DNA of 64,000 nt. Origin: Octopus vulgaris. Lineage: Eukaryota. This document shows, piece by piece, positions 15,585 through 26,421 of the stretch. Positions within the stretch are counted from its first letter, which is position 1. Every line of letters starts with the position of its first letter. The stretch spans positions 144,274,001 through 144,338,000 of the forward strand of contig OX597814.1 in the NCBI GenBank assembly GCA_951406725.2, read 5' to 3'. Position numbers and translations under genes: made by a program. Below the pieces are notes generated by a model. That model had not been told where the DNA came from. It saw only the letters and a list, made by a program, of their open reading frames with translations, and did no database searches.

Positions 15585-18526
15585 ATGTCAGAGGTCTGGT
15601 GAAACCCACTAATATGGGTAAAATTCCTTACCTTAGGGACTTGAGCACAAGCAACCATGCAATATGCATAGCGCTGACTGAAACGCACCTGTCAAGCAGT
15701 ATAGCAGATGCAGAAATACACATACCGAAGTATACTGTTTTTCGGTCGGACAGGAAGGAAAGAACTCATGGTGGGGTTGCCCTGTACGTCCGTGAAGATG
15801 TCACACCCATAGTACTGTTGACACACTCAAACTCAGTCTGTGACACACTGATAGTACACATGAAACAACCGAAAATAGTAATATGTGTCACATATCGGCC
15901 ACCAGACACCCCTAGTCATGAAGGAGTGTTTGAAGATAGCCTCAGAAGAATAGAAGAAGTCCTGGACAAACTGGACCAGGGTAACACCATTCTACTGCTG
16001 GGAGATTTTAACCTTCCGAAAGTCAAATGGCCAGATGGCCATCTCCTCCCTGGAATGACATCACTTGAACAGAGACAGACAGAGTCCTTGTTGGCTCTCA
16101 CACGCAAGTTTTTCATGGAGTAAGCAGTGCTTTGGCCAACAAGAGGTGAGAATGTCTTGGGCCTCTGTTTCACAAGCAACCCGATGCTCATCCACAACAT
16201 AATGGTAACACCAACAATTCTCTCAGATCACAACTTAGTAGAGGTAATGATATATGGTATGAGAGAGTTAGTTGAGACGCAGCCATTAGAAAATACCACA
16301 GGCCTATCCAGTCTAAACTTCCATAAGGCAAACTGGAAGAAGATCAACGAAGAGATCCGAAAACATGACTGGAGTGACTTCATCACCACACAAGACACCA
16401 ACACACATTTCCAACATTTCATGACAACAATACAGAACATATGCCATAAGTTTGTCCCGGAGAAAAAAGCCAGCGGGCATAGGAACGTTATTCCCAGAGA
16501 CAGGAAAATACTTATGAGGCGAAGAGCTAAGCTCTCGAAGCAACTGAATGCACGGCAGAGAAACAATGAGGGACTCCACCTGAAACTTTTTGAAACGGAA
16601 ACTGCACTCAAACTTTCTTATGAGAAGGAGAGGGCGGAGAGAGAAGCCAGGGCCATAGAGAATATTAAAACAAACCCTAAAGCCTTCTTTAAATTTGCGA
16701 AAGAAACCACCTCGGTACACTGCAAGATTGGCCCACTCTTTGATAAAAAGGGCTCTCTAACTGAGGACCCCCAAGGGATAAGTGAAATACTAAAGGAACA
16801 GTATAAAAGTGTGTTCACATCCCCTCTGGGGCACATGCAAATCACAAACCCAGAAGTTTTCTTTGATGCCACAACACTCCAAAACCAAACAACAACCATC
16901 GACCACATAGACATAACAGAGAGGGATGTAATATCTGCCATAGAAGAAATGAGAATAAACTCAGCTGCTGGACCAGATGGATTCCCAGCAGTCCTCCTAA
17001 AAACATGCAGGCATGCCCTAGCGGGACCACTGAAGAAGCTCTTCAGTGGTTCCTTGGCTAACGGTAAACTGCCCAGGGCGCTAAAAGAAGGCACCATATG
17101 CCCTATCCACAAAGGAGGGAGTAGAGCAGAGGCCAAAAACTACAGGCCAGTCTCCCTGACGTCACACATAAGTAAGGTCATGGAACGAATCATCAGAAAA
17201 AAACTGATCACGTTCCTCGAAGAAACTAACCGTCTCACTGACACACAGCATGGCTTTCGCCCAGGAAGAAGCTGCCTTACGCAGCTGTTACAACACTACG
17301 ACTGGGTACTGAAACAACTACTGGATCGCTCACAGGTGGATGTGGTATATCTCGACTTTGCGAAGGCCTTTGACAAAGTCGACCACGGAGTGATATGTCA
17401 CAAATTACTCAGACTCGGCATAACAGGAAAAGTAGGTGAGTGGATACATGACTTCCTGAAGGACAGAAGCCAGATGGTTGCAGCCAATGGAGCCCTCTCG
17501 GGAAAGACACCAATAGCAAGCGGGGTGCCACAGGGCACAGTCTTGGGACCCTTGCTGTTTTTGGTGGCGCTCTCTGACATGCCCTTGGTAGCACAAACAA
17601 CATCCCTCACTAGCTATGCTGATGACACAAAGGTAGCACAGGCAATCAAAAACCCAGCTGATGCTGACCTTTTACAACAAGATCTGGATGCCATATACAA
17701 ATGGGCTGAAGACAACAACATGCAATTTAATGCTGGTAAATTTCAAGCCTTACAATATCAAGCTGTAAACACATATACATTACAACACAACTATACTGGT
17801 CCAGGAGGGATCGAAATCCCAGTATCGAAATCAATACGGGACCTGGGGATAGACATGAGTGACGATGCATCTTTTTCTTCACACATCGCGAAGGTGGCGA
17901 CAATGTGCAGACGACTCACTGGCTGGATCCTGAGGACATTCCGGACAAGAGACTGCGAGACCATGTTGACACTATGGAGGACATTTGTCCTAAGCCGCCT
18001 GGACTACTGCTCCCAACTGTGGTCACCGCATAGTGTCAAACTAACCACAGAGCTTGAGACAATCCAAAGACATTTCACCAAGAGGATTTCCACCATGAAA
18101 GAAAAGAACTATTGGGAGAGGCTTAGGGAACTCAATTTGTACTCCTTGGAACGAAGACGAGAGAGATATGCGGTGATATACATATGGAAAATCCTGGAGG
18201 GACTAGCACCAAATTTTGGAATTGAGAGCTGTTCCAATCCCCGTACAGGACGTCACTGTGTGGTGCCAAAGGTCCCGTCTTCCACATCCAGGGTAAGGAG
18301 CAGATACTGTAATAGCCTGGGGTTCAGGGGCCCTCAGCTTTTCAACAAACTGCCAAGAAAACTAAGAGATCTACATGATGCGGATGTGGACATTTTCAAA
18401 AAACATCTAGACAAGCTGCTTTCCGGGATCCCAGATGAACCCACTGCAAGGTACGAAGGTAACCTAAGGGCAGCAGCTACAAACTCTCTCTTAGATCAGT
18501 GGCCAGCCACGGCAAACTGGACTTAG
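15503..18526 (+). pseudogene. LINE ORF2 (APE endonuclease + reverse transcriptase) with one in-frame TAA at 16121-16123
   Basis: APE motifs NVRGL, LTETHL, GGVALY, YRPP, GDFN, SDH; RT motifs AGPDG, NYRPVSL, QHGFRPGRS, LDFAKAFDKV, GVPQGTVLGP, YADD; ORFs 15503-16123 and 16127-18526 are in the same frame. Confidence 0.95.
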
Positions 18527-18638
18527 AGAGGGTAGCAACAAGGGCGGTGCCCCAGCATGGCCTCAGCCGGATGGCTGAAACAAGTAAAAGAGTAAAAGAG
18601 TATATATATATATATATATATATATACATACATACATA

Positions 18639-19044
18639 GGCGCAGGAGTGGCTGTGTGGTAAGTAGCTTGCTAACCAACCACATGGTTCCGGTTTCAGTC
18701 CCACTGCGTGGCATCTTGGGCAAGTGTCTTCTGCTATAGCCCCGGGCCGACCAATGCCTTGTGAGTGGATTTGGTAGACGGAAACTGAAAGAAGCCTGTC
18801 GTATATATGTATATATATACAAGTGTGTGTGTATATGTTTGTGTGTCTGTGTTTGTCCCCCTAGCATTGCTTGACAACCGATGCTGGTGTGTTTACGTCC
18901 CCGTCACTTAGCGGTTCGGCAAAAGAGACCGATAGAATAAGTACTGGGCTTAGAAAGAATAAGTCCCGAGGTCGATTTGCTCGACTAAAGGCGGTGCTCC
19001 AGCATGGCCGCAGTCAAATGACTGAAACAAGTAAAAGAGTAAAA
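18639..19044 (+). mobile_element. Full-length SINE family B (tRNA head, CORE-like box, internal microsatellite, CR1-derived tail)
   Basis: GGCGCAGGAGTGGCTGTGTGGTAAG head, TTGGGCAAGTG CORE-like motif, tail GGCGGTGCTCCAGCATGGCCGCAGTCAAATGACTGAAACAAGTAAAAGAG matching the LINE 3' end. Confidence 0.88.
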
Positions 19045-19261
19045 ATAGTATACATGCATACATACATGCATACATACAATCATACTTTATGTTTTGATAA
19101 AACTTTACAAGCTGAATTATGTCATTCAAACTAAACAGCAAAATAATCACACTGACACACGCACACACAAGCATATATGTTTACAATATATGTATACGTA
19201 GGCATACATTTATATGCACACATATACTCGATATGCATATGTATGTTTTTGTCTACATACG

Positions 19262-19275
<14 letters not shown>

Positions 19276-19318
<43 letters not shown>

Positions 19319-19733
19319 CCTTTATCTTTTACTTGTTTCAGTCATTAGACTGTGGCCATGCTGGGGCACAGCCTATACATTACATACATGTGTGTGTGTG
19401 TGTGTGCGTGAAAATATGTATGAGTGGACGTATGTGTACATACAAACAAATGCAGTAAGTATATACACATATTTTTGAATCTACCTTAAGTGTACGCGTG
19501 AACGTATACCTCAAAGTCAGGTAACATAATATGTAATACGGTATCTGTGTTGGTCAGGATATTGTAACATTCGGAAAAGTATATAACATAACAGTGGAAA
19601 GTTTTTAAAAGGCGAAATGGAAAGTACAGGCCGACTGTTGAGATCCGCACGGGACTTAGTATATGTATACATACATACACATACAAACATACATGCATAC
19701 TGATATAAACGCACGCACACACATGTGTGTGTG

Positions 19734-19782
<49 letters not shown>

Positions 19783-20156
19783 TTTTATTATTTTATTCTT
19801 TTACATGTCTCAGTCATTTGACTACGGCCATGCTGGAGCACCGCCTTGAAGGATTTTAGTCGAAGAAATCGACCCCAAAACTTTTTCCTTGTAAGCCTAG
19901 TACTTATCCAATCAGTTCTTTTGTCTACATACGTATATATGTTTGTGTTTGTTCTCCCACCACCGCTGGACAACCGAGGCTGGTGGGTTTATGTCCCCGT
20001 AATTTAGTGGTTCGTCAAAAGAACTGATTGGATAAGTACTAGGCTTACATGGAAAAAGTTTTGGGGTCGATTTCTTCGACTAAAATCCTTCAAGGCGGTG
20101 CTCCAGCATGGCCGTAGTCAAATGACTGAGACATGTAAAAGAATAAAATAATAAAA

Positions 20157-20199
<43 letters not shown>

Positions 20200-20635
20200 C
20201 ACACACACATGTGTGTGCGTGCGTTTATATCAGTATGCATGTATGTTTGTATGTGTATGTATGTATACATATACTAAGTCCCGTGCGGATCTCAACAGTC
20301 GGCCTGTACTTTCCATTTCGCCTTTTTAAAACTTTCCACTGTTATGTTATATACTTTTCCGAATGTTACAATATCCTGACCAACACAGATACCGTATTAC
20401 ATATTATGTTACCTGACTGTGAGGTATACGTTCACGCGTACACTTAAGGTAGATTCAAAAATATGTGTATATACTTACTGCATTTGTTTGTATGTACACA
20501 TACGTCCACTCATACATATTTTCACACACACACACACATGTATGTAATGTATAGGCTGTGCCCCAGCATGGCCACAGTCTAATGACTGAAACAAGTAAAA
20601 GATAAAGGATATACATATATATATATATATACATA
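19276..20635. repeat. Inverted duplication, arms ~19276-19923 and 20016-20635
   Basis: Arms are reverse complements apart from a few substitutions and microsatellite length changes; 92-bp spacer. Confidence 0.92.
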
Positions 20636-20649
20636 CATACATACATACA

Positions 20650-20683
<34 letters not shown>

Positions 20684-20687
20684 CATA

Positions 20688-21488
20688 CCGGGTGCGGTGA
20701 ATAAACAGTCGTTTAAATTACGCGAAAATGAAAATAATACTGACATTACATTTTAACAGATATATTTACCAAAATTACGTAGAAATATCTTGAAATACTA
20801 AATAGTAAATTTATTCTATAAAATCGTCATTGGCTTCAACCACGGCCACTAGTCGACTTCCGAATCTCCTGGTAACTCTTCTTGGTGGTCTCCTTGTTTG
20901 ACTGCTGCCATAATCCTTGCCTTTAGTTCATCTTTGGTGTTACAAGGAGTTTTAAGGAGTTTTAGGAGTCTGGGGAATTGCGTAGCCAGATGTTAGGGGT
21001 GTTGTAGTCGCAGAAATTGTCTGACAGCCATGACTGGGTTCTTCCGCCTGTGTGACATGGTGCAGAGTCCTGTTGCCTGGCATAGGGTCTTCTCCAGCAG
21101 CCATCCTATTCACCAAGGGCAGCAGTACCTCCTCCAGGCACTTGGTGTAGGCCTCCGTGTTGAGTCTGAGGCCGTGTGGGATGATGAATGGAGGCATAAC
21201 GTTACCATCACTAGTGGTCACTTAAAACACCATGATGTTGACTGGATGTTTGATTTTTATCACTCTTGGTACATGTACTCAGATTGCACTGCCCTCAGAT
21301 TGACACACAAACACTCTGAAACGTTCGTATTGGAACTTCCGGCACGAATGCCAAGGAGTACAGCATGTCGTTTCCAAATTTCCATGGTGGCCCTACTATA
21401 CTGTGTAGGCGACAAAATCAAAAACAAATAATGCGCATGCATGAAATTAACAATATAAAATGGCGACAATTTACCCATCGCACCCACT
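20688..21488 (-). mobile_element. Internally deleted Tc1/mariner transposon (maT/DD37D-like)
   Basis: Imperfect TIRs (GGGTGCG.TG..TAAA..GTCG) in TA context; transposase fragments [49 protein letters not shown]. Confidence 0.85.
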
Positions 21489-21525
21489 ATATATATATAT
21501 ATATATATATATATCTATTTATCTA

Positions 21526-21669
<144 letters not shown>

Positions 21670-22127
21670 GAACGCGCATGCGAGCTTGAGATTGAGAGAC
21701 CAATTGTGTTTAAAAGAAATGTGTCCTTTTAGAGCATATTGTTGGTGTTGCTTATAAGTTTATGATTTAATATTTGTAACATATTTCACATGTGCGAGTG
21801 AAAATGAGATGTGGCAAAGAGTTTCACAGTGCGAAATATCAACTTTCATCGAAGCTGAAAAAGTCGCAGGTCATTATTCCTAGTTTCATGTTAAAGAATA
21901 ACTGTGGTATCGAACATGTATGTATGTATGTATGTATGTATGTATGTATGTATGTATGTATGTATGTATGTATGTATGTATGAATGTATGTATGTATGTA
22001 TGTATGTATGACTCCAAGTCTTTTATCTTTTATTTGTTTCAGATATTACACTACGGCCATGCTGGGGCACCGGCTTCAAGAATTTTTAATCGAAAGAATG
22101 GACCCCAGTATGTGTGTTTTCTTATAT

Positions 22128-22191
<64 letters not shown>

Positions 22192-22194
22192 GTA

Positions 22195-22410
22195 TTTATG
22201 TGCTATCTCAGTATATTCCACTGATGAAGGCAGAGCATTTCTTATGCAGAGCCAGAAATCCGGGATCTGGAATTATTCAATAATTTTTTGCTTGTTTATT
22301 TTGTCTCTTTGTCTTCTCACCTGATGCTGTATGAACATTTAATGTGGTTTTAGAATCAAGTTTTGGCAGCTATTTCCAGCGTGGTGGTATCTCTTAGATA
22401 CCCTAAATTA

Positions 22411-22413
<3 letters not shown>
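22195..22413 (+). mobile_element. Penelope-like LTR fragment carrying a hammerhead
   Basis: Between TA tracts; its 3' part recurs inverted at ~33057-33180. Confidence 0.6.
22215..22273 (+). ncRNA. Type I hammerhead ribozyme motif
   Basis: Stem I ATTCCA/TGGAAT, CTGATGA core, stem II GGC..GCAT..ATGC..GCC, GAAAT-CCGGG-ATC. Confidence 0.75.
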
Positions 22414-22482
<69 letters not shown>

Positions 22483-22483
<1 letters not shown>

Positions 22484-22731
22484 TTTATTTAAAGCAGCAG
22501 AAAATTCAACAAAACCTGTTACTCTGAGTATCACGTTCCCGTTCGTCGGACAGTTTTTGCTAGAATATATATATATATCTAGCAAAAACTGTCCGACGAA
22601 CGGGAACGTGAAACTCAGAGTAACAGGTTTTGTTGCATTTTCTGCTGATTTAAATAAAGCATATTACTCTACCACTGGTATTTGAGTACTCTTTTTTCCA
22701 CCTTGTTTCACATTTATGTGTTTACTCTGGT
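22483..22731 (+). mobile_element. Inverted-repeat element with hammerhead (arms 22483-22564 / 22578-22659)
   Basis: About 80-bp head-to-head arms; right arm has CTGT-CCGACGA-ACGggaaCGT-GAAAC-TCAGA-GTA-ACAG. Confidence 0.7.
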
Positions 22732-22775
22732 ATATATATATAATTTACAAGATAAGGGTAGAAGAAAAATTCTAA

Positions 22776-22812
<37 letters not shown>

Positions 22813-23415
22813 CTTATAACAAATAACATTATAAACCCGACGTTAAATGGTATAGATTATATATAATCTATGAATTCTGATTTATTCATTAATACTTTTT
22901 AAATATTAGCCCTCTAAATATCTTGACAGTTCACTAAGTAAATAATAAATCATTGCGTTATTTTATATATCTTCTTAACTATTTCTTTGGAAGTCATTAA
23001 ATTACCACAAATATTTCTTCCATATTTTTTTTCGACGAAAATATTTTCGGTTGAATTTATATTACCACCTCTTTTTTAACTTCTAAAAAAATGTCTTTAT
23101 CTAAATTTAATCCGACCAATTTCTCTTTTGTACAATATGCTTTTGGTTAATCATTGCTCAAGCTTAGTGCGGGCCTATTCATTCGACATGATTACGCTCC
23201 TACATTTAACCAACCGCTTTCTCCACGCCTGACCAATTTAATGCATCTCCAACTTTACATCCAACATCCCTCACCATGAGTCTGAAAGGATAACAGACAA
23301 AGCAAAACTCAGCAGAATTTGAACTCAGAGCAGGGAGAACGACGCAACAATGCCAAGGGATTTTGTGCCGCGCTTAAACAAACCTACCGGTTCGGTGCTA
23401 ATATTTTTTTTACCG

Positions 23416-23920
23416 AGCTTGCAGAATCGCTAGCACGCCGTATTTCGTCTGCCACTATGTTCTGAGTTAAAATTCCGCCGAAGTCGACTTTGCCTTTCAT
23501 CCTTTCGGAGTCGATTAAATAAGTACCAGTTACGCATTGGGGTCGATATAATCGACTTAATCCATTTGTCTCTCCTTGTTTGTCCTCTCTGTGTTTAGTC
23601 CCTTGTGGGTAGTAAAGAAATAGGTATTTCATTTGCAGTTACGTTCTGAGTTCAAATTTCGCCGAGGTCGACTTTGCCTTTCATCCTTTCGGGGTCGATT
23701 AAATAAGTAGCAGTTACGCACTGGGGTCGATGTAATCGACTTTGTCTGTCCTTGTTTATCCCATCTGTGTGTAGCCCCTTGTGGGTGGTAAAGAAATAGG
23801 TATTTCGCCTGAGTTCAAATTCTGCCGAGGTCGACTTTGCCTTTCATCTCTCGGGGTCGATAAAATAAGTACCAGTTGCATATTGGGGTCAATCAAATCG
23901 AGTGGCCACCTCCCCAAAAA
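23416..23920 (+). mobile_element. Tandem trimer of SINE family A
   Basis: Three GTCGACTTTGCCTTTCATC cores head-to-tail. Confidence 0.85.
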
Positions 23921-24121
23921 TTTAGACCAAATGGGTATGTATTCAAAAGCCGCCAATAAAACGTCAACAATTGGTTATTCATGGATGATCTCAAACTAGA
24001 GCAAAGTGAAATGAAGTGTTCTGCTCAAGAGCGCAATGCATCGGCCGGTACAGGAATCAAAATCACGAACTTACGATCATGAATGTAACACTCTAACCAT
24101 TAAGCGACGCGCCTGTTAAAA

Positions 24122-24214
<93 letters not shown>

Positions 24215-24217
<3 letters not shown>

Positions 24218-24465
24218 ACATGTGATTCTGTCATCCCAGATACGTGTTTTTCTCTCTCCGTTTTTTCCTCTCTGTGTGTTTTCTTTCCTTATTCTATTCT
24301 ATGAAAGAGCGTAGGCTCGAAACGTCAAACACCTTCCTACTTTTCCTGGGCGTTAAAGTTTAATACCTTTTTTTATTGTTCCTTCACCTATATCTGTCTC
24401 CTGTGTTTTTTAGGTTGTTTCATTTTCTTTTTTTCTTTCTTTTGCTTTGCTGCTTTTCGTACAAT
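24215..24465 (+). mobile_element. Penelope-like LTR fragment with degenerate hammerhead
   Basis: GAGCgtagGCTC-GAAACGTC with a decayed upstream core; homologous to 46306-46522 on the minus strand. Confidence 0.55.
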
Positions 24466-24899
24466 TTTAAACCATATAAAGATGTGAAAACACACAGTTC
24501 GTTCAGTTTCGCCATCTCTCAGACATTGATGTTTCGAGTTTTTTTTTTTTTTTTTACTCTGTTCAATGAGATGTACTTAAGAGAGGCAACTTTGCACGAA
24601 TTTAATAAAGCTATAAGCTTTATATGTAATTCAGTCAACACGTTGGCTGATTTGCGCTTGTAGATCACCCGATCAAATTAATTAACGGAGCGCATAATAG
24701 GCGCATATAAAGCTATAGCATTATGAAGTTCGTTCATTAAGCTATAGCTTTATTAAGTTCGTTTATTAAGTGGTTATGCCACAGGGGAACCTAAATCGTA
24801 CAAATTTTTTAAACTTTGGTTGTCAATAAAGGAAAACATTTTCTGGTATTCTTAACTGTAACTGGAGTTTTGATACCTTACATTTACCACCAGACTTCA

Positions 24900-25900
24900 A
24901 ACTCATCGACATATCATACAGTAAACTCTTCTATTAGCTTCAAGGTACAGACGACAAGCCTACTCTCTTCACACACACCAAGAACTCCAGCAATCATTTC
25001 ACATACCTTCACCTCTGCATATCATCGCTTAGGCCTTACAGTGAATATCAAGAAGACTGAAGTCCTCTCACAACCAGCTTCGTAGACCAACCTTCTTGAT
25101 TTCAATATTACATCACTGATAAGGTGGTGAGCTGGTAGATTCGTTAGCATGCCGGACGAAATACTTCTCGGTATTTCGTCCTCATGTTCTGAGTTCAAAT
25201 TCCGCTGAGGTTGACTTTACCTTTCATCCTTTCGAGGTCGATAAAATAACTACCAGTTGAGCACTAGGGTCAATGTAATCGACTTAACTTTCCTCCACAA
25301 TTGCTGACCTTGTTCCAAAATTTGAAATCGATATTACATCTCTGATACATCTCTTGCACCAATTGTCACTTTCTCTACCTTGTTCTTTACAACAAATCTA
25401 CTTTGGAAAAGAAATGGGACATAAAATTGGATCAGTCAATTCAGCATTTGGAAAACTAGCAAAACCTATCGTTAATCACAAACAGCTGACTCAAAACACA
25501 AAACCGATGACTTATCAAGCTGTTGTCATCTAAATATTATTATACGATTGGGAAACATAAACATAAACATTTCACTTTATCTTAGGAACATCAAAATGCA
25601 TTTAAACATGAAATGAGAGGACTATATAAACAGCAATGACGTCCTAAAAAAGAAACCAAAACTCGAAGCATAGAACTGACCATGATGAAACACTAGCTAC
25701 ACTGGTCAGGAGATGTCGTTAGAATGAAAGGAGAGAAACTTCCTCGTTAAATATTCTTCAGTGTATTAAACCAGAGGGAAAACACCTCGAGGGTGATCTT
25801 TAAGCTGTTACAAATACCAGTGAAGAATCAAATTTCAGTATGGCTGAAATAGAGACAAAAATGTGGGAAATCGAAGCTCAAAAGCTCCCAACTAGCATCA
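24900..25900 (+). pseudogene. Degenerate RTE-like LINE reverse transcriptase fragment
   Basis: Peptides RLGLTVNIKKTEVLSQP, SAFGKL, YQAVV, LHWSGDVVRM..EKLPR; many stops and frameshifts. Confidence 0.7.
25122..25330 (+). mobile_element. SINE family A inserted into the RTE relic
   Basis: 17-bp TSD ATATTACATC(A/T)CTGATA at 25105-25121 and 25331-25347. Confidence 0.85.
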
Positions 25901-26192
25901 CTCCACTGCCGAAATTCACGGCATTCAAATCAAAAGGAAATGGAAAATTGAATTATATTAGTTATCAATGTACCATACTTAACAGTTTTAAAGAGGACAC
26001 CTCTTCAGCTACACTTTTGTATAAATAGTTTGAGATTTGGTTCAGTAGAAAAAAAAAAGTTACATCAACATCCATATCTTCTACTGTTTCTTTTTTGTCA
26101 TCTCTATTACCGCCTATCTTATGCAAGGATCAGCTTTCTAAGTTAACATGGAAGAAACACAGTGTCATGAAATACATGTATATATTTATATA

Positions 26193-26421
26193 TTTATTTA
26201 CTACCCACAAGGGGCTAAATACAGAGGGGACAAACAAGGACAGACAAAAGGATTAAGTCGATTACATCGACCCCAGTACGTAACTGGTACTTAATTTATC
26301 GACCCCGAAAGGATGAAAGGCAAAGTCGACCTCGGCGGAATTTGAACTCAGAACATAGCGGCAGACGAAATACAGCTATGAATTTCGCCCGGCGTGCTAA
26401 CGTTTCTGCCAGCTCCCCGCT
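26193..26421 (-). mobile_element. SINE family A
   Basis: Reverse-complement match to 12473-12710. Confidence 0.88.

Larger units (their letters stand above)
15063..18600 (+). mobile_element. CR1-group LINE, 5'-truncated, flanked by (TA)n at both ends
   Basis: ORF1 remnant, APE/RT ORF2 and short 3' UTR ending in (GTAAAAGA)2. Confidence 0.93.

Noticed and set aside
15916-17610. Antisense ORFs over the LINE
   Set aside because: Shadow frames of ORF2 with no motifs
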